This document shows positions 50,987 through 63,581 of a stretch of DNA of 64,000 bases, in pieces; position 1 is the first letter of the stretch; the number at the start of each line of letters is the position of its first letter. Origin of the DNA: Eledone cirrhosa (Eukaryota); assembly GCA_964016885.1 (NCBI GenBank), contig OZ024746.1, positions 32,302,001-32,366,000 of the forward strand, written 5' to 3'. The notes under the pieces were generated by a model. That model worked only from the letters and a program-made list of their open reading frames with translations, did not search any database and was not told the origin of the DNA. The position numbers were made by a program, and so were the translations under genes.

Positions 50987-52253
50987 TTAATATAGAAGAG
51001 TATTTCATTATTAAAAGCAAACTACAGCATATATAGATTAGCATTGAAGCCTGAGATCTGTGGTATCCCTAGCCCCACATCTAACCAAGTATCTGCCCAG
51101 CATACCATATTAAAACAGTACTACCTACAATATATCTGTTTAGTAGATAGTAAACTCCTTGAAAGGTGATGAATTGGCAGAGTCATTATAACTTCAGATA
51201 GAATTGTTTGCAGTATTCATTCTAGCTCTCTGCACTTAAAATCCAGCCAAGGTCAATTTTACCTTTTTCTCATCCTTTTGAGGTCAATAAAAATGTACCA
51301 GTCTAATACTGCTGGGATCAATTCTTTCTTTACATCTCTTTCTCACTGCCCCCCCCCCCCCTCTCTTTCTCTGAAAGAAATCTGCTGTGTTCAGACCTGG
51401 AGTGGAGATGGGCTCCAACAGTCTTAGCAGCACCCCTATAACTCCACCAGGAGTGACATGTGGCAGGGAGGGGGGGAGGTCCTGAGAAGAAGAGAAGAAA
51501 CTCCTTCATGTATCCCCTCCCCTCTTTTGTATGTATTTGAATCAGGCCCCTAGCTCCCTTCCTTCATACTATGATTTACAGATGTTTGGGGTGATGGGCA
51601 ACAGTCACATCAATCTCACCTTCTAGAAGCCCTTGCAAAGGTCACAGGCCTGTAAAGGTCACCAGTACTCTCTCATCCTCCCCTGACTAACATATATTAG
51701 ATACTTTAAACATCTATCAATTATGCCCCTTCCCACACAAACGAAGAGGTCTCAATGTAGTCGCTCAGTTTGCTAAAAATAGCCACCAAATCTTCCTCAA
51801 ATCATACCCTACCGTCAGTCTGCTAGAAATAACATCCAACTCTTCCTCAAATCACACCCTACCGTCTTAAAACAAATGACACGTTGAATAATGTAGTCCT
51901 AGATACACTATTACTATGAATGAAAATAAATAGGGATAGTCATGTTTGGAAGGTCTTTAATCAGTATATCTTAGTGGCGGTACATGGCTCACAAGGGACA
52001 GTACCACTGCATTAAAAAAAAATTTTATTTCTTTAAATTTCTATATTAATAATTATTTAATTGTCACTAAAAATATAGACATCTTAACAAAGTTACCTAT
52101 AATATAGGGGGGGGGGGATAGAGGCGGGGGCGAGAATGAGAGAGAAGGGGTATTAGGTTGTGTGCAGAGGGGAGGGAGGAGAGAAACTGGCAGTAGGGCT
52201 GGAGGATGTGTACTGTATGTAAAAATGTCTATACACATATGTATGTATGTCTG

Positions 52254-52304
<51 letters not shown>

Positions 52305-52461
52305 ATGTGTGCGTGCGTGTATATATAGTTATATGTGTGTGTGTGTGTATGTATGTGTGTGTGTGTGTGTGTGTGTGTAAAGTAAGCAGTCGTGCGGCAG
52401 TTTAGTTTTAAGTGGAGTGGAAACTGTATCTGGCTCACCTCAGTCAGTCAGTCAGTCCTGA

Positions 52462-52471
52462 CCATATATGG
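52462..52471. promoter_or_regulatory. Consensus CArG box CCATATATGG with overlapping YY1-like ATGGCGG
   Basis: Exact CC(A/T)6GG in a CpG-containing unique island (52380-52510). Function untested. Confidence 0.35.
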
Positions 52472-52692
52472 CGGGTGACAGGGTTAATTCGGAGTCTTTT
52501 AGTCGGATGAGGAGGAGGTAGAGAGATAGAGAAATAGGGGGACGAGAATTAGATAGATGGAGGAACAGATATATAGAAAGAGACAGAGAGGGTGTTTCAC
52601 GGGTATTACAGGTATATAGATAGAGCGGAGAACCCATAAGGAAACAATAAGTAGATAGATAGGACGAGAGGGAGAGAAGTAAGGGAATGGGA

Positions 52693-52851
<159 letters not shown>

Positions 52852-53189
52852 AAGTGGAACGAGAGCTTTATAGATAGCGAGAGCATGATAAATAGTTAGT
52901 GAGAGATAGATAAACAGAGACAGCTAGATTATAGTTACATGTTCACCTAACCCTAAATATTTCTTACGCACATTCAAACCCACACAGACTTGCTCCCTCT
53001 CCCCCTCTCTCTCTCGCTCCTATCTCTATCTCTTCTTTCTAACTTAGCGACATCTGATAGAAAATTCTCCGTCTTCCTAAATACAGTAGACTTCCTCAAT
53101 AGACAAAATCAAATAAATAATAATAATCAAATAAATAATCAAATAAAAATTATTCGGATAGAAATGAATAAATAATCCTTTCCAACATG

Positions 53190-54110
53190 GACTAGTTAGT
53201 TACACCGGGGAGAAGCTACAGCGGAGAGAGCTGGGTTTGTCAGTTCCTGATGATACTAACAAGGATAGACGGACAATCTGCGTTCGAGTGACACCTTCAA
53301 CTCTTTCTTTCTTTGATCAATCTGATCAAGTTTCAAGGTGTCGCTTACTTTCTGCAAGCGCGAAATTCTCGGGCCCAGCCTGTGGCCAACATTGGTGGTC
53401 TTCTCAGTCTGGATGAGCTCCGCATCTCCAGTGCACTTCGAGTGGAAGCCAATGTATGTTGGGGTCTGAGATGTCGCTGTAGTAGTCCACACGCCTCCAT
53501 GGTTTGTCTTGCCATATCACGGAAGTCGCGGAAAGTGTGAGGATCACTGCTTCCGTTGCCGAACGGAATAAAATCCTAAAATACCGGAAACTATGAAATA
53601 ACTATTTTTTCCAGCCTGTGACGTTCGAAACGTTTGGTGGAACTGGGCCGCTGACAGCAGAGTTTTTGTCATCGTTTGTGGCTCGCCTCAGGTGATACCG
53701 TGAGGGTGCTTGGTTGTTTCAGCGCCTTAGCCTCGCCATCACCCGTGGTAATACTGCGAGCATGTTGGCTTGCCTCAAATATCTCCGTTGACACTTGTGG
53801 TGTGCTGCCGATTGTCGCACTTGGTGAATTCATGGTTGTTTTTGTTTATTCGTTTTTCTCTCGCTTTGATCATATATTTTTGTGCGTTATATTTGTGAGG
53901 TTCCTAGCAATAATCAATTGTATTTATAATAAATAAAACAAAATAAAATGTTTCCTTTTATTAATTTAATGTTTCTTTTAAAACATCTTTACAAAGACGA
54001 AAATAAAAACCTCTTTGTATTTTTAACGATGTGTTTGTTGTATACTTTCATGGTTCGTTAAAGTTGGTTGGTTTTTCTTTTTTTCTTTAACAGTCGCTGG
54101 GGTGGAGAGA
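53190..54110 (-). other. CpG-rich unique island, probable exon or 5' region of an unidentified transcript, with three chained short ORFs
   Basis: High CpG; A-rich leader ending AACAACC-ATG at 53833; minus-strand ORFs 53669-53833, 53544-53672, 53345-53515; donor AAA|GTAAGC at 53349/53348. Strand is inferred. Confidence 0.4.
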
Positions 54111-54612
54111 TGGGGAGAGAGAGAGGGGGAGAGCGAGAGAAAAAAGAGAGATAGGTTGGATACAGAGCGATAGACATATAGAGATAGATAGAGAGTGTGT
54201 GATAGACACACATACACCTCTTTTGCTTGTTACTATCGCACCTGTCTCATAACTTGAATGTTGAGTGATGTTTGTGTGCGTGGGTATGTGTGTACGTGTG
54301 CGTGAATGTGTGTATGTGTATTTAAAATAATATACTCTACGCTATAAACTGCTACACCTTACAAATGAACGTAGGAGTTCGCTACAGCTTCACAATTATT
54401 AAGGTCTCGGGTTCGATCCGACTTCGTGGTGGTATCTTGGGCAAATGTCATCATTTACTATATAGTTTCGGGTGGACCCAGTGGAACTGGGTAGACGGAA
54501 CTTGTAATCATAGTCGCTGGCCTCCTAGACAAGCCGGTGATATGGGGTGGTCAGGACTCCCTCAGGCCTACGTTCTAGTTCTGCGTTCAAATCCTGTCTT
54601 GGCCTACTTGGG

Positions 54613-54695
54613 TCTTCTTCTTCTTCTTCTTCTTCTTCTTCTTCTTCTTCTTCTTCTTCTTCTTCTTCTTCTTCTTCTTCTTCTTCTTCTTCTTC
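54613..54695. repeat. (CTT)n microsatellite, about 27 units
   Basis: Pure triplet run. Confidence 0.97.
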
Positions 54696-54699
54696 CAGA

Positions 54700-56708
54700 G
54701 GCACATCTAGAGTTGCACGCCAATGATCGGCTGCACCAGTGGCACATCTAGAGTGGAACCCCAACAACCAGCTGCACCAGTGGCACATCTAGTGTGGAAC
54801 CCTAACAACCGGCTGCACCAGTGGCACATCTAGTGTGGAACCCTAACAACCGGCTGCACCAGTGGCACATCTAGAGTGGAACCCCATCATCTGGCTGCAC
54901 CACTGGCACATCTAGTGTGGAACCCTAACAACCGGCTGCACCAGTGGCACATCTAGAGTGGAACCCTAACAACCGGCTGCACCAGTGGCACATCTAGTGT
55001 GGAACCCTAACAACTGGCTGCACCAGTGGCACATCTAGTGTGGAACCCCAACAACTAGCTGCACCAGTGGCACATCTAGTGTGGAACCCTAACAACTGGC
55101 TGCACCAGTGGCACATCTAGTGTGGAACCCCAACAACTAGCTGCACCACTGGCACATCTAGAGTGGAACCCCAACAACTAGCTGCACCAGTGGCACATCT
55201 AGAGTGGAACCCTAACAACCGGCTGCACCAGTGGCACATCTAGAGTGGAACCCCATCATCTGGCTGCACCACTGGCACATCTAGTGTGGAACCCTAACAA
55301 CCGGCTGCACCAGTGGCACATCTAGAGTGGAACCCTAACAACCGGCTGCACCAGTGGCACATCTAGTGCGGAACCCCAACAACTAGCTGCACCACTGGCA
55401 CATCTAGAGTGGAACCCCAACAACTAGCTGCACCAGTGGCACATCTAGAGTGGAACCCCAACAACTAGCTGCACCACTGGCACATCTAGTGCGGAACCCT
55501 AACAACCGGCTGCACCAGTGGCACATCTAGAGTGGAACCCCAACAACTAGCTGCACCAGTGGCACATCTAGAGTGGAACCCCAACAACTAGCTGCACCAG
55601 TGGCACATCTAGAGTGGAACCCCAACAACTAGCTGCACCAGTGGCACATCTAGAGTGGAACCCCAACAACTAGCTGCACCAGTGGCACATCTAGTGCGGA
55701 ACCCCAACAACTAGCTGCACCAGTGGCACATCTAGTGCGGAACCCCAACAACTAGCTGCACCAGTGGCACATCTAGTGTGGAACCCCAACAACTAGCTGC
55801 ACCAGTGGCACATCTAGTGCGGAACCCCAACAACTAGCTGCACCAGTGGCACATCTAGAGTGGAACCCCAACAACTAGCTGCACCAGTGGCACATCTAGT
55901 GCGGAACCCCAACAACTAGCTGCACCAGTGGCACATCTAGAGTGGAACCCCAACAACTAGCTGCACCAGTGGCACATCTAGTGTGGAACCCCAACAACTA
56001 GCTGCACCAGTGGCACATCTAGTGTGGAACCCTAACAACTGGCTGCACCAGTGGCACATCTAGTGTGGAACCCTAACAACTGGCTGCACCACTGGCACAT
56101 CTAGAGTGGAACCCCAACAACTAGCTGCACCAGTGGCACATCTAGAGTGGAACCCCAACAACTAGCTGCACCAGTGGCACATCTAGTGTGGAACCCCAAC
56201 AACTAGCTGCACCAGTGGCACATCTAGAGTGGAACCCCAACAACTAGCTGCACCAGTGGCACATCTAGAGTGGAACCCCAACAACTAGCTGCACCACTGG
56301 CACATCTAGAGTGGAACCCCAACAACTAGCTGCACCAGTGGCACATCTAGTGTGGAACCCCAACAACTAGCTGCACCAGTGGCACATCTAGAGTGGAACC
56401 CCAACAACTAGCTGCACCAGTGGCACATCTAGAGTGGAACCCCAACAACTAGCTGCACCAGTGGCACATCTAGTGTGGAACCCCAACAACTAGCTGCACC
56501 AGTGGCACATCTAGAGTGGAACCCCAACAACTAGCTGCACCAGTGGCACATCTAGAGTGGAACCCCAACAACTAGCTGCACCAGTGGCACATCTAGAATT
56601 GAACCCCAACAACTAGCTGCACCAGTGGCACATCTAGAGTGGAACCCCAACAACTAGCTGCACCAGTGGCACATCTAGTGCGGAACCCCAACAACTAGCT
56701 GCACCAGT
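54700..56708. repeat. 41-bp minisatellite GGCACATCTAGAGTGGAACCCCAACAACTAGCTGCACCAGT (~49 units)
   Basis: Unit starts at 55561 and 55602; variants with CCCTAACAACCGG and CATCATCTGG. Confidence 0.97.
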
Positions 56709-57166
56709 TGTGGGAACATGATTGATTGAGTGGAGTTGACTTTGTTGCAACTATTTAAGTCAGTTCCTAGTTTCAGAATACCCCTTCTCTCCCTACTTCC
56801 ATCCCTCTCTCCTGTCTTAGAGACCCTAAAAAAAGGGACATGAACACTGCTCCCCCCCCCCCCTCCCATGACTAACTAATAATTTTTTTATGATACTATT
56901 GTTGTTATTGGTGTAGTTCTTGTTATTGTTGTTGGTAATGTAGTTGTTGTTGATGATATAGTTTTTGTTGTTGATGTAGTTATTGTTGTTATTTGTGTGG
57001 TCCTTGTTGTTGGTGTTTTTATTGTTGTAGTTCTTGTTGCTGTTGTTGTTAACTCCAGGTGAAGCTGATCCAACAGACTTCTGATTAAAGTCAATCTCAC
57101 CATGACTATTCCATCTTGTTGAATGTCAACCAAAAACATCAGACTTTTCCATTCCTCACAACAACT

Positions 57167-57405
57167 AAAATTATCTTCACTCCCAACAACTTCTCTTGTA
57201 TATAAAATTACATTCACTCACAACAGGCCCTCTTGTATATAGAATTACCTCCACTCACAACAAGCCCTCTTGCATATAAGATTACCCTCACTCCCAACAA
57301 GCACTCTTGTATATAAAATTACCTTCACTCACAACAACTCTCGTGTATATAAAACTACCATCACTCCCAACAAGCTCTCTTGTATATAAAATTACCCTCA
57401 CTCAC
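57167..57405. repeat. 37-bp degenerate minisatellite (~6.5 units)
   Basis: AAATTACCTTCACTCACAACAAG..CTCTTGTATATA units. Confidence 0.85.
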
Positions 57406-58814
57406 TGCACTCACTCATCAGTTCCCTCATTTCTAGGACCATGTTATTCAATAAACCTTTCCTTTTTTAACAGAGATTTGGTTGCTATTTCTAACTGGTC
57501 TATCAACCATTTAGATGTTCTGTCACTGACCCATGGATTGGGTCGTGACATTAACAGAAGTGGTTTTAAATTCTCCACAAACATAAGCAATTCATAAATA
57601 TTCTTATTTATAAAAAGAAACTGGGAGTAACTATCAGAAAGCTAAAATGTCCCAACATGTTTGTAAGAGCATGTAATATTGAAGTAAAACAGGATTAAAG
57701 TGAAGGAAATGCTTATATAATACTTAAGTTTTCCAAGTGGTCACTCGGCAAAGTACTAACCACACTGAAGGCTACTTATCTTCAACAAGAGGCAATCAGT
57801 TTTTTTCTAAACACACTATAATGTTGTTTGTATAATATACTGAGTAAACCATTTTATTGAAAAAATCTATTTATTTATGATTGCTATTAACAAAACTAAC
57901 ACAACAGTGTGTTTCAATAAATATTCATCATCATCATCATCAGTTAATGTCCAATTTCCATGATAGCATGGGTTAGAAGAACTGTCCCGTTGTGAGACAA
58001 GCCAGGTCGGCGGACCATGTTTTGCTCACATAAAACTGATTTTGGCTTGGTTTTTACAGCTGGATGCCCTTCCTAACACCAACCACATTTACAGTGTGTA
58101 CTGGGTGCTTTTTGTCGTGATACCTACACAACCACTTTACAGTGTGGATGGACTGGGTGCTCATTGTCGTGGCACCAAGATGACCCCTTTATAGTGTGGA
58201 TAGGGGACTTGGGTGGGGAAGATTTAGGGTTGGAGTGTTAGGACGTGAGTGGGGTGATTACAACGTGGGAGGGGTGATGGGGGTGGGGGTATGGTGCATA
58301 CTAGATGTATGCCTCAGGCCCTTCATATTGGAAGGCAGGTCTTCCTGTATTACTGCATAGTGCCAGAGATCACAGTCCTGCGTCATACCCAGTGTTCCAG
58401 TTGTTCAATCAATGAAGGGACTACTAGTTGTTGTTGTCCAAATTACTGTTGTCAACACTACTGACTGGTTACTTACCATTGTTATTGTTGTTACTATAAT
58501 AGATACTATTATATTTTCATGGTAAAGGCTTTACCTCGCATAATTATCTCACATAATATCAGATCTATGAGATTTTGAAAGTATTTATTTTGAGAACAAT
58601 ACCTTAACATCAGTTTGAGCGACCAGTTACAGCCAGTTTCAACAGAATGAGGTAGAGAATTCTGGCCAGTTTGAACATTAAAGGGTTAAATTACTCCAAA
58701 TTCTTGATTAAATTCAAAATTATTTGAAAATTATCAGCAGTGTTTCATTAGAAATATGGTAAGGGGACTATTAAATCATTTTCCTTCATTTGTTCACATT
58801 GTATATAAGTTTAT

Positions 58815-59385
58815 AATTGTTTCTACTTTTGGCACAAGGCCAGCAATTACCCAGTGTATTACTGGTACTTTATTTTATCGACCCCGTAAGGATGAAAGGC
58901 AAAGTTAACCTCGGCGGGATTTGAACTCAGAATGGCAAGGACCGTAACTCAATGCGTCAAAGCATGGTGTCTGACCCTCTACCGATACTGCCAATAATTG
59001 TTTCTACTTTAGGCACAAGGCCAGCAATTACCCAGTGCATTACTGGTACTTTATTTTATCGACCCCGTAAGGATGAAAGGCAAAGTCAACCTCGGCGGGA
59101 TTTGAACTCAGATCGTAAAGGGACGTAACTATGCTGGAAAGCATGGCGTCCGACCCTCTACCGATACTGCCAATAATTGTTTCTACTTTTGGCACAAGGC
59201 CATCAATTACCCAGTGCATTACTGGTACTTTATTTTATCGACCCCGTAAGGATGAAAGGCAAAGTGAACCTCGGCGGGATTTGAACTCAGACCGTAAAGG
59301 GACGTAACTATGCTGGAAAGCATAGCGTCCGACTCTCTACCGATACTGCCAATCCACCATACAATCTACCGATACTGCCAATAAT
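58815..59385 (-). mobile_element. Head-to-tail trimer of SINE family B
   Basis: Copies at 58815-58994, 58995-59173 and 59174-59359; 21-bp direct repeat at 59157-59177 and 59365-59385. Confidence 0.92.
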
Positions 59386-60067
59386 GAAGGGGAGACAGTA
59401 TTTTAAAAAACACATCTGGTCTGATGAAAACAATACAAGTTTAAGAATGTAAATATGAAATGTGTAGTCATAATATCAGCTTAGTTAATGTCAAAATGAG
59501 GTCAAATCAAGGTCAAATTGGGGTCAAAGTTTAAAAGTAACTGAAACTTGGGATGACATTTATGGATTGTAAAAATAGAAAAATGATTAGTTTCTTACAT
59601 GTTGAGCTTATATACATACCATAAACCACTTGTATATATATATTGATGGGATGTATATAGAACATGTGTATGTATGTTTGTGTGTGTATATATACAGTGG
59701 CGGACTGGCCAGGTTGCCAACTTGCGGAAAGGCAAGCAGGCCCCAGGGGTCCCACGGTAGCATTGAAAGAGCCCCCACAGTAGCATTGCAGGGGCAAATG
59801 CTTTGGTTTCAAAATATACCTGAAATCTAAGAGAAAGAATAAAATAAAATAAAAATAAATAAAACAATTAAGCAAAGCAATTCCCCAGGGAATTACTAGA
59901 ACCCAAAATATACAGGGCAAATAGCTGGAATCAGTGGTTGTACATTCTACTAAATCTAAAGCTTAGTGTATTCATTGATGCATGCAAACATACATATATA
60001 GACATAGACACAAGCATATATATATATATACATATTGAGTGAGTGTGAAAGACCAAAGGTCATTATT

Positions 60068-60253
60068 GGTGGATTGGCAGCATCAGTAGAGGGTCAGATG
60101 CCATGCTTTGCAGCGAAGAGTTACGGCCCTTTATGGTCTGAGTTCAAATCCCGCTGAGGTTAACTTTGCCTTTCATCCTTATGGGGTCGATGAAATAAAG
60201 TACCAGTAATGCACTGGGATAATTGCTGGCCTTGTGCCAAAAGTAGAAATAAT
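60068..60253 (+). mobile_element. SINE family B nested in the hAT-like element
   Basis: Full head to tail; ATTATT duplicated on both sides. Confidence 0.88.
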
Positions 60254-60263
60254 TATTAAAAGT

Positions 60264-60709
60264 AGGAGCAATAACATTAAGAAAGACATGAACGACACCA
60301 CATCACTTTGTTTTGAAAATTTTGAAAGTAGGTTTATAAGTATGAATCTTCATAAGATTTTCGTAGTTGTCTCTGTGGCCTAGTGGTAGGTATTCGAGGC
60401 ACTGGAGATCCTGGCCTTGGGTTCAATCCTGGTCAGAGGTACTTGTAAATTTTTTTCAGTTTTTATTTTACAACCAATAAAAAAAAACTGAAAAGGTTTA
60501 CCGGGAACCCTACTCCTGACCAGGATCGAACTTCAGACCAGGATCAACACTGTCTTTGATTCCTCTAATTAGGCCACCGAGACAACTACAAAAGTGTAAT
60601 GTAAATTGATAATTTTAAACCTACTTTCAAAATCAAAGTTAAAAAGATGTGGTGTTGTTCATGACTTTCCTAGAGCTTTTAGTAATATTTAGGGTCAACT
60701 TCTGGTCCT
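60264..60709. mobile_element. Inverted-repeat element with two convergent tRNA-Glu-like segments
   Basis: Arms pair (GAAAGACATGAACGACACCACATC / GATGTGGTGTTGTTCATGACTTTC; TTTTGAAAGTAGGTTTA / TAAACCTACTTTCAAAA); A and B boxes in each arm; degenerate 8-10-bp duplication of host TATTGAAAGT. Confidence 0.72.
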
Positions 60710-62831
60710 CACTGAAAGTCTCTGGATTTCACAAAATACATAATATTTTCTATTGTGAAGGTAAAGATATTTTTCCGCAAAAATTTGATTGCACTGTTTT
60801 GTTTCCACTTATGTATTTTTCGAAAATGTTATTTATTCATTATAAAAATTAAATAATAGCATTCTATATGTAGGTTTGCAACTGATTTCTGCACCAGGCA
60901 ATGTGTTATATCCTTGAGCAAGACATTTTATTTCACATTGCTCTTTCTGCCAGGAGTTGCAAGTGGTAGATAGTATCAGCAATGGAAAGACCAATAGAAA
61001 CATTGTTTCCTTGGTCCGATTTGACAAGTTCCACCTCACTCGGTATCAAATGAGGTCAGGGATCTTGGCTGAATGCCCTTCCAAGTGCTGGCCACATTAC
61101 AGAGTGTACTGGATATATTTTACCATGGCACCAACACTACCACTTTACATATAGCAGCATTGCATATCTATCTAGTAGCTAGCTAGATATGTCTCTATAT
61201 CTATCATCATCACCACCACTATCACCATCATCATCATCCTCATATCTAAAATTGTGGGGAGGTTCATATGGTGATATGATTTGGCATAGGTCAGTAGAGT
61301 TTGCGGGGTGTGGAGGGTTTGTAAACACATACAATGTTTCTTGGACATATTTTAAATCTGGCGGAACCCATCTCCTCTCCAGGTCTGAAAACAGCTGATT
61401 CCTTCCAGTGAAGGAGTAAAATTGAGAGAAAGGAAGCAAGAAAGAGCTATAGAGGAAGAATCAACCTCAGTAGTTGACTGGTACTTTTTATAGTTTACCA
61501 TGGTGTGACATGAACTCAGAGAGTGCAGAGAGCCGGAACGAATACTGCAAAGCATTCTATCTGACATTTTAACATCTCTGTCAATTCGTTGCCTTTATTA
61601 CCATTAATATATCATATTTTATTGTAAGTATATTTAGTGTGGCTTCTATCCAATTAAAAGAGACAATTATATTCCAACTAACATATCACGTGTTATTGTA
61701 AGTGTATTTAGTTAAGATAGGTTTCTTAAAACATAGGAAGTAGTTTATTGATTTTAATTCAATGGGAATCTAATTTTGTTTTTTCCTTGAGAAAATATAT
61801 TTCAAAGAAAGTAACTGATATAAAAATCACACAGAGAGGGTGTTTTACTTATATTTTACGCAAATAAACACATTTATGTATTTTTTAAATTCACAACAAT
61901 TCTACTGAAATCCCTAATAATTCAACAATGAGGCTTAAAAAACCACAGTTTAGTTTCTTTAAGTATTAGAATAAACCAGTGTTTTATACACAATGATTTG
62001 TTTGTACAGGATGTCAGAAATTGTTCTAAGATCAATAGAAACAGTGGGCTTCTGAGAGTTATACCATTGAAAAGGTTGAAAACAACTAACACTATTCAGT
62101 CATCTTCAAAAGAATAAATGGCCCTTGCAGATAATGACTAGCCATAAATACTTGAAAAATTTCCAGGTAAAAGTTGGAAAGTAGTTTCCCAGAAAATAGC
62201 ATTACATACAGAATAAGGAAAATGAAAAGTTTAGTTAAAAAGAAATTGTGAAACAAAATATCTACAATCACAGCTAGTGTCTGAGTATTTAGTGCCTTAG
62301 ACTAGCGCTAAAATGTGAACCCCCTTCTCACAATTATGTTCTCCATTCTCTCTCATTTTTTTATACTCCTTGCTCTGAACACACTAAGAAAATTACTAAA
62401 GCCTGCATTTTCCACTACACAGTCCACACTCATCCATGCCAAACGATATGACAGATCAAAACACCATACAACCCTCTCAAAGACCTTTAGCAATTTATTG
62501 ATCACAAGAAATTATTGAATATTTAATTTAATTATATAAATTTGTATAAAATTGTGATTCTTCAAGGTTCAGTAATACACTGCTTTAAGGTCTACTACAT
62601 GCTAGACAGTTGCCTAGCTAGCCTCACTAGTAGCACTGTCCCTGGAAGCTACTGATTATTTTGGGTGGTACAATTTAACCCTTTATACTTTTAGTTTTTT
62701 TCTTAGGATATCTCAAGATCAGTGCTTAATGAAACTTGAACCTTTCCATTACCATATTTCTAATAGGAAAAACACTGCCAATGATTTCCAAATAGTTTTG
62801 AAAATACTCAAGAATTTGGAGGTATTTAATA

Positions 62832-63241
62832 ATGATTTCTACTATAGGCACAAGGCCAGCAATTTGGGGGAAGGGAAAGTCAATTAAATAAGCCCCAGTG
62901 CATTACTGGTACATTACTATTTTATCAACCCTGTAAGGATGAAAGGCAAAGCTAACCCCGGCAGGATTTGCACTCAGAACGTAAAGGGCCATAATTCTAT
63001 GCTACAAAGAATGGTGTATGACACTCTACCAATACTGCCAATCCATTGCTCTTACTTAATAATTGTTTCTGCTTTTGGCACAAGGCCAGCAATTACCCCA
63101 GTGCATTACTGGTGCTTTATTTTATTGACCCCGTAAGGATGAAAGGCAAAGTTAACCTCGGCAGGATTTGAACTCAGACCGTGAAGGGCCAAAACTCTAT
63201 GCTGCAAAGCATGGCATCCGACTCTCTATTGATACTGCCAA
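62832..63241 (-). mobile_element. Tandem pair of SINE family B inserted in a TTAA MITE remnant
   Basis: Copies at 62832-63045 and 63059-63241; MITE parts at 62740-62830 and 63330-63500. Confidence 0.82.
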
Positions 63242-63550
63242 GTAGATGTTTGGGACATAATTTGACTTTGGTGTGTTTTGAACTCAAAGTGGAGAGAACC
63301 AAAATGAATACATTCTAATGGCTTTGTTAATATATTGGCTAACTTAACAAAGTTTCTTACATAAAATTATGATGGAAGGTTTTTTTTTAGAATGTCAGCA
63401 TGGAAAATTGGATGCAAAATGATGATGATGATAAAAATCTTAAAACAAATAATTTTGTATCAGGGGCAGTTTCAGATGGTTTCCTATTATAGAGGGTTAA
63501 AGTAAAGAGGAATATTGTTTTATAAATATATAACATCATGTACTTGAATA

Positions 63551-63581
<31 letters not shown>

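Larger units (their letters stand above)
59695..60870. mobile_element. Second copy of the hAT-like element (compare 5521-6260), carrying two nested insertions
   Basis: Host GACCAAAGGTCATTATT...GAAAGTCTCTGGAT is split by inserts; downstream AAAATTTGATTGCAC and AAAATGTTATTTATTCATTATAA match copy 1. Confidence 0.7.

Noticed and set aside
54700-56708. CRISPR-like array (also considered for the 28- and 30-bp arrays)
   Set aside because: Units are contiguous with no unique spacers, there are no cas genes, and the context is eukaryotic.
60369-60441. Functional tRNA gene
   Set aside because: The anticodon arm does not pair and the segment is one arm of an inverted-repeat element. SINE heads were likewise not called as tRNAs.
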